From positions 3,008 to 67,007 of the forward strand of contig JAZSCO010000006.1 in assembly GCA_045602965.1 (NCBI GenBank): a DNA stretch of 64,000 nucleotides. Direction: 5' to 3'. The stretch comes from Acutalibacteraceae bacterium. GTDB taxonomy: Bacteria; Bacillota; Clostridia; Oscillospirales; Acutalibacteraceae. Below, one piece after another: positions 59,133-64,000 of this stretch (position 1 is the first letter of the stretch; each line of letters begins with the position of its first letter). A program made the position numbers and the translations under genes. The notes under the pieces were generated by a model. It did not search any database. It had not been told where the DNA came from and worked only from the letters and a program-made list of their open reading frames with translations.

Positions 59133-59540
59133 ATGAAAAAATTCTCTATGCTGGATGACAAAGCGGTTGGCGATATTCTCAAAATTTACAGAAAATCGAA
59201 CCGAATGACGCAGCAGAGAGTTGCGGATTATCTTGGCATTGCAAGGTCGACATATGCAAAATATGAAACGATGAGAATGCCTGAGCTTGACGTTGTTATC
59301 AAGCTTTCCGTGCTTTATAATACCTCGCTGGATGATTTCCTCAGTCCATTTCTCGGAGAAACAAATGCAGTAACTTATGCAAACTCCGATGATAATTCAA
59401 GCGAAACGCAGACCGTTACCAAGGCTGAAAAGCAACTTCTCGATTTTTACCGCGGCAGCATCCGCAAATCGGAAATTCTCAAAGCAGCCGAAGATATTTT
59501 TAACGCCGATATTGAAATTGTTAACGACGTTCAGGAATAA
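59133..59540 (+). CDS. XRE family HTH transcriptional regulator with C-terminal extension
   Basis: MTQQRVADYLGIARSTYAKYE..YNTSLDDF. Confidence 0.88.
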   Translation: MKKFSMLDDKAVGDILKIYRKSNRMTQQRVADYLGIARSTYAKYETMRMPELDVVIKLSVLYNTSLDDFLSPFLGETNAVTYANSDDNSSETQTVTKAEKQLLDFYRGSIRKSEILKAAEDIFNADIEIVNDVQE

Positions 59541-59589
59541 TTTTACACATTTATGCCCTCTGTCAGAAACAGAGGGCTTTGTTTTTTTA

Positions 59590-60360
59590 TCAGTTTGCTT
59601 CGGGTGCGTCGATTTTGCCGATAACGTTTTTGATGTTACCTCTTGCAGCCTGGATTTTTTCAAGACTTGCAGCGACGGATTCGTCAGCGGTTTTCATGAT
59701 TTCTTCAACAAAATCGCCTGCAGCCATTCTGATTTCCGAAGACCACTTGTTTGCCTTATCGATAGCTTCATCGGAGCGGCGTCTTGCGTCTTCAATTGTT
59801 CTTTCGGCGTGCTCTGCAGCTGCTTTTACGATGTTTTCAGCCTGAGCTTTTGCACCTGCGATTGTTGATGCAGCTTCTTCCTGAGCAGCAAGAGAAATTG
59901 ATTCTGCCGTTGCCTTGGACTGAATAACAATTTCGCTGCTGTCAACCATAGCTGCAGCTTCAAGCTGTGCATTTGCTCTGATGATTTTTGCGTCTTCGTT
60001 TGCGGTTGCTATAATCTGCTTTGCCTGAGCTTCTGCATCGGCAACCTTATTCTTTGTGTAGTCTTCTGTCTTAAGAACAAGAGTTCTTACCTTATCTTCT
60101 GCAGTTGAAATAAGAGCTCTCGACTTTTCCTGAGCGCCTGTAACTGCAGCGACAGCTTCGTTCTTTGCCTTGACAAGAAGGTTGTTTCTGTCGGCAACGA
60201 TTGCTCTTGCCTGAGTGATTTCATTCGGGAGGTTGAGTCTGATATCCTCAATGATTGTTCTAATGGCGCTTGCGTCAACGCCTGTTTTATTTGACAGAGG
60301 AACTTTTGAACCTGCCTCTAAAATATCTTCAATCTGGTCGAGTAAATTTTCAATATTCAT
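59590..60360 (-). CDS. Coiled-coil protein (ATP synthase b/DivIVA-like) downstream of coaD
   Basis: KVPLS..IRLNLPNEITQARAIV; Ala-rich helical repeats; usual rsmD-coaD neighbour in Clostridia. Confidence 0.75.
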   Translation of the reverse strand: MNIENLLDQIEDILEAGSKVPLSNKTGVDASAIRTIIEDIRLNLPNEITQARAIVADRNNLLVKAKNEAVAAVTGAQEKSRALISTAEDKVRTLVLKTEDYTKNKVADAEAQAKQIIATANEDAKIIRANAQLEAAAMVDSSEIVIQSKATAESISLAAQEEAASTIAGAKAQAENIVKAAAEHAERTIEDARRRSDEAIDKANKWSSEIRMAAGDFVEEIMKTADESVAASLEKIQAARGNIKNVIGKIDAPEAN

Positions 60361-60857
60361 TTTGAAAACCTGTTCCTTTCTTTTATTCTTTTTATAATGT
60401 CATCACAAATTACCGCAGGAACGAATTCGCTGATGTCTCCGCCGAATTCGCATACCTGCTTGACTACGCTGGACGAAAGATACATATTTTCCGCATTTGC
60501 AGTGAGAAATACGGTTTCAAGCTCAGGATTGAGTTTTTTGTTTGTCAGAGCTTGCTGGAATTCATATTCAAAATCTGAAACCGCACGCAGACCTTTTACG
60601 ACTGCGCAGGCGCCTTTTTGCTGTGCGTAATCCGCAAGCAGACCGCCGTACATTTCGATTTCGATATTATCGATGTCGGTAATGCTTCGTTTGAGAAGTT
60701 CAACTCTTTCTTCAACGGTGAAATATCCGTCAGGCTTATGATAGTTGAACATAACAACAACAATAACTTTATCAAAAAGCTTTGCTGCACGGTGGATGAT
60801 GTCGATATGACCTATTGTCACCGGGTCAAAGCTACCGGGACAAATTGCGATTTTCAT
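60357..60857 (-). CDS. coaD: Pantetheine-phosphate adenylyltransferase
   Basis: PGSFDPVTIGHIDII, KGLRAVSDFEYE, LSSSVVK. Confidence 0.97.
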   Translation of the reverse strand: MKIAICPGSFDPVTIGHIDIIHRAAKLFDKVIVVVMFNYHKPDGYFTVEERVELLKRSITDIDNIEIEMYGGLLADYAQQKGACAVVKGLRAVSDFEYEFQQALTNKKLNPELETVFLTANAENMYLSSSVVKQVCEFGGDISEFVPAVICDDIIKRIKERNRFSK

Positions 60858-60861
60858 AAAA

Positions 60862-61398
60862 TCATACCTTTCGGTAAAGAGTTACGGCAACCTTACTGTA
60901 TTTGTATTCTTTCTGCTTTTCAAGACCGCAGATTTCATCCTCAAGCTTTTCATTGAAAGGATGCTCACAGATTACGATGCCGCCCTCGGCGATATGCTCG
61001 CCGATTTTCGAAAGAGCTTTTTGCAGAAGACCCTTGCCGTAGGGCGGGTCAAGGAAGGCGACGTCAAAAATCTTGTCGGTCATGGTGATGAATGCTATGG
61101 AATCGGTTTGTGCAACCCAAGCAAGAGAATCGAGTTTTGTTTTGGCAAGATTTTCTTTTATGACTTTAACGGCATCCTTGTCGGAATCAACAAATACAGC
61201 ACTTTCTGCACCTCTGCTGAGTGCTTCAATTCCGAGCTGACCCGAGCCTGCAAATAAATCAAGTACGCGTCTGCCTTCAATTTCAAACTGAATTGCACTG
61301 AAAACAGCTTCCTTAACTTTATCGGTTGTGGGTCTGACATCGTTTCCTTCAAGTGTTCTGAGGGTCATGCCTCTTGCCGAACCTGTAATTACTCTCAT
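60862..61398 (-). CDS. rsmD: 16S rRNA m2G966 methyltransferase
   Basis: MRVITG, RPTTDKVKEA, LDLFAGSGQLGIEALSRGA, FLDPPY. Confidence 0.96.
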   Translation of the reverse strand: MRVITGSARGMTLRTLEGNDVRPTTDKVKEAVFSAIQFEIEGRRVLDLFAGSGQLGIEALSRGAESAVFVDSDKDAVKVIKENLAKTKLDSLAWVAQTDSIAFITMTDKIFDVAFLDPPYGKGLLQKALSKIGEHIAEGGIVICEHPFNEKLEDEICGLEKQKEYKYSKVAVTLYRKV

Positions 61399-61492
61399 AT
61401 AATTCTCCCTCGGGTATTATCGATTTATTATCTCATTAAATGTAATATAATGTCAAGACAAAATGTTAATAAAAGGAAAAAAAGTTACAAAT

Positions 61493-63340
61493 TCACCCGT
61501 CTTTGTCTGTATTTTTACCGTGAAATGCCTCAAAAACCGCTTTTGCTGCATTTTTATTCATGCCTTTAACAGAGGAAAGCTCATCAATGCTTGCTTCGGA
61601 AACGGCTCTGACGGTTTTGAAATGTTTGAGAAGAGCTTTGCATCTGCTTTCGCCGACACCCTCAATTGAAGTAAGCGTTGATGAAAGCGAAGCCTTCTTT
61701 CTTCGGCTTCGGTGATATTCGATTGAATAGCGGTGAACTTCCTCCTGAATGGTGGAAACAAGGGTGAATGCAGCTCTTTTTGATGTCAGGGAAAGCTCGT
61801 CGCCCGAGCAGGCAATCGCCCTGGTGCGATGGTGTGAATCTTTTACCATGCCGAAAAGAGGAATATCAAGTTTGTATTTTTCGAGCACAGGTTTTACTGC
61901 ATTGACCTGACCGCTTCCGCCGTCAAGCAAAATTAAATCGGGGAGTTTTCCGAAGCCTTCACCCGTTTCTTTTTCTTCGAAATAGCGAAGAATTCTTCTT
62001 TCAATAACCTCAGCCATCGAAGCATAGTCATCCTGCCCCGAAAAGCCTTTTATAGCAAACCGACGGTAGGCTTTTTTGTAAGGCACACCGCTTTTGAAAA
62101 CAACCATACCTGCAACATTTTCACTGCCTGCAGTATGAGAAATATCATAAGATTCAATGAATTCGGGTGTTGATTTCAGCCCGAGAAGGGTTGCAAGTTC
62201 ATCGAGTGCAGCGGTTGATTTTCCTGTTTTGCCAAGATAAATTCCGAGCTTCTGTGCCGCGTTTGAGCGACACATTTCCATGAGCGAATGTTGCTCGCCT
62301 CTTTGGGGAAGAGCAATGTTTACTTTGCGCTTTGCGAGTGAAGAGAGCCATTCACACAGCAGTTCACTTTCCGAAACTTCGCCGTCAACAGCGATTCTTC
62401 TCGGCACGAAATCACGCATCGAATAATAGCTTCTGATAAGCTCGTGCCTTGCTTCGGGCAGATTCTCGGGAGTGTCAAAAATAAAGTGCTCGGTGTCGTA
62501 AAGTCGGGATTCTCTGAATCGGATAACGGAAAGACAGGCTTTGTTTTCAGAGCATACAATCGCAAAAACGTCCTGCTCTTCGACAGAAGCTGCAACAACT
62601 TTCTGCTTTTCCGTAATCTTTTTTATGGCATTGATTTTGTCTCTGATTTTCGCCGCTTTTTCAAACTCGAGGTTTTCGGATGCTTCAAGCATTTTTTCGG
62701 TGAGTGCATCAATCGCCTTGCCCGAGCCGTTGATGATAAAATCTATTGCCTGCTCAATTGCTTCCGCATGAGCTTTTTCAGTTGTCTTGCCTGCACAAGG
62801 TGCAGAGCATTGGCCGATATGAAAATTAAGGCAAGGTCTGCTCTTGTTATAGTCTCTCGGAAAAACCTTTGAGCATTGGGGAAGGAGAAAGATTTTCTTT
62901 GCTTCTTCAACGGCGTTTGTTATTCCGAATGAATTTGTGTAGGGTCCGATGTATTCCGCACCGTCGTCAAGCTTTTGTTTTACCGCAAGGATATTTTTCC
63001 AGCCGTCAGACGTGATTTTTATATAATGATAACCCTTGTCATCCTTAAGCAGGATGTTGTATTTCGGGGAATGCTGTTTGATGAGCGAGCATTCAAGTAC
63101 GAGCGCCTCAAACTCGCTGTCGCACATGATATAGTCAAAATCCTCAACGTTTTCAACCATTCGGCGCACCTTTATGCCGTGGTTATTCTGCGAACCGAAA
63201 TACGTGCTGACTCTGTTTTTCAGAGCCTTTGCCTTGCCCACATAAATAATCTCGTTTTTCTTGTTTTTCATCAGGTATACCCCGGGAGTCAGTGGCAGGT
63301 TCATGGATTTTTTGCGAAGATAAGGCAGTCTTTCGTTCAT
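61493..63340 (-). CDS. uvrC: Excinuclease ABC subunit C
   Basis: PGVYLM..IYVGKAKALKNRV GIY-YIG, ESYDISH, PDLILLDGG, C-terminal HhH. Confidence 0.97.
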   Translation of the reverse strand: MNERLPYLRKKSMNLPLTPGVYLMKNKKNEIIYVGKAKALKNRVSTYFGSQNNHGIKVRRMVENVEDFDYIMCDSEFEALVLECSLIKQHSPKYNILLKDDKGYHYIKITSDGWKNILAVKQKLDDGAEYIGPYTNSFGITNAVEEAKKIFLLPQCSKVFPRDYNKSRPCLNFHIGQCSAPCAGKTTEKAHAEAIEQAIDFIINGSGKAIDALTEKMLEASENLEFEKAAKIRDKINAIKKITEKQKVVAASVEEQDVFAIVCSENKACLSVIRFRESRLYDTEHFIFDTPENLPEARHELIRSYYSMRDFVPRRIAVDGEVSESELLCEWLSSLAKRKVNIALPQRGEQHSLMEMCRSNAAQKLGIYLGKTGKSTAALDELATLLGLKSTPEFIESYDISHTAGSENVAGMVVFKSGVPYKKAYRRFAIKGFSGQDDYASMAEVIERRILRYFEEKETGEGFGKLPDLILLDGGSGQVNAVKPVLEKYKLDIPLFGMVKDSHHRTRAIACSGDELSLTSKRAAFTLVSTIQEEVHRYSIEYHRSRRKKASLSSTLTSIEGVGESRCKALLKHFKTVRAVSEASIDELSSVKGMNKNAAKAVFEAFHGKNTDKDG

Positions 63341-63462
63341 CGGGGTCACCTCCTGAAATTTATTTTTATATTATTATACATTTATTATATAGTTTCTGCA
63401 AGCAGAATGTTGATTTTTAATATCTGCATGATATAATTAAGAAAAAAGAAGTTGGTGGAATT

Positions 63463-64000
63463 ATGAAAAAAACAGTTTCTGTTTTGCTTGCAACGATCAT
63501 GCTTTTATCCGCTTTTAATACAGTGGTATTTGCCGATGCTGAAAGCAAAAACTATGTGACAGTCACGCCGAATCAGGGAATGGATGTTTCGGAAGAGATT
63601 CAGGGTATCATTGATTCGAATCCAAACAGAATAATATATTTTCCTGACGGTGAATATCTTGTTTCAAAACCGATTCTGACTCCTGCAAATCCCCGCAAAA
63701 GTGTTTCGCTTGAACTTTCGGATTTTGCGGTTATAAAGGCTGTTGGTGAATGGCAATCGGGAGAGGCTGTTATTCAGCTTGGCGGAAAGGATCCGTATAA
63801 CGACACTCATACCAACGGAAGCAACTATGCGCTTGATGGCGGAATCATTGACGGCAGCGGTGTTGCAAACGGCGTTTCGGTCAACAGCGGCAGAGAAACT
63901 GCCGTAAGAAACGTTTCAATCAAAAATACTGTTGTCGGTATTCACATCATGTACGGCGCAAACAGCGGCTCTTCGGATGCGGATATAACCGGTGTCAACA
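63463..64000 (+). CDS. Secreted pectin-lyase-fold (beta-helix) protein, partial
   Basis: Not in ORF track. Signal peptide MKKTVSVLLA..VFA; DVSEEIQGIIDSNPNRIIYFPDGEYLVSKPI; GGIIDGSG; open to window end. Confidence 0.75.
   Translation, partial: MKKTVSVLLATIMLLSAFNTVVFADAESKNYVTVTPNQGMDVSEEIQGIIDSNPNRIIYFPDGEYLVSKPILTPANPRKSVSLELSDFAVIKAVGEWQSGEAVIQLGGKDPYNDTHTNGSNYALDGGIIDGSGVANGVSVNSGRETAVRNVSIKNTVVGIHIMYGANSGSSDADITGVN

Overview
Chromosomal window from a low-GC, spore-forming Clostridia-like genome (probably Oscillospirales; inferred from gene content). No rRNA, tRNA, CRISPR array, integrase or transposase was recognised. (1) 1-10.6 kb is an accessory region punctuated by four same-orientation copies of a half-length alpha/beta-SASP gene (two intact ~270-bp units, two decayed). 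The copies delimit gene modules: a GH101-like glycosidase, a phosphocholine (lic) module, a surface protein plus XRE regulator, and an Eis-like GNAT. (2) 10.7-17.6 kb holds a glycine-riboswitch-controlled AGCS symporter, cstA and a secreted 5'-nucleotidase. (3) 17.7-37 kb holds the strongest candidate for an undescribed system, a ~17-kb minus-strand operon. It encodes a membrane-anchored vWA protein, a 1141-aa tubulin/FtsZ-like GTPase, an unknown 2-TM protein, a 1452-aa membrane protein with a degenerate helicase-like core and a DA1-like HExxH peptidase, an RCK/RyR-domain membrane protein, a TIR-BspA-LRR protein and an IT-superfamily permease. A CASTOR/POLLUX-like channel gene lies just upstream. 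(4) 37-64 kb is mostly housekeeping (FTR-like/trx, topB, ddh, cysK, araD, ileS, preQ1-queT, coaD, rsmD, uvrC). All family assignments come from motif recognition by eye; no searches were run.
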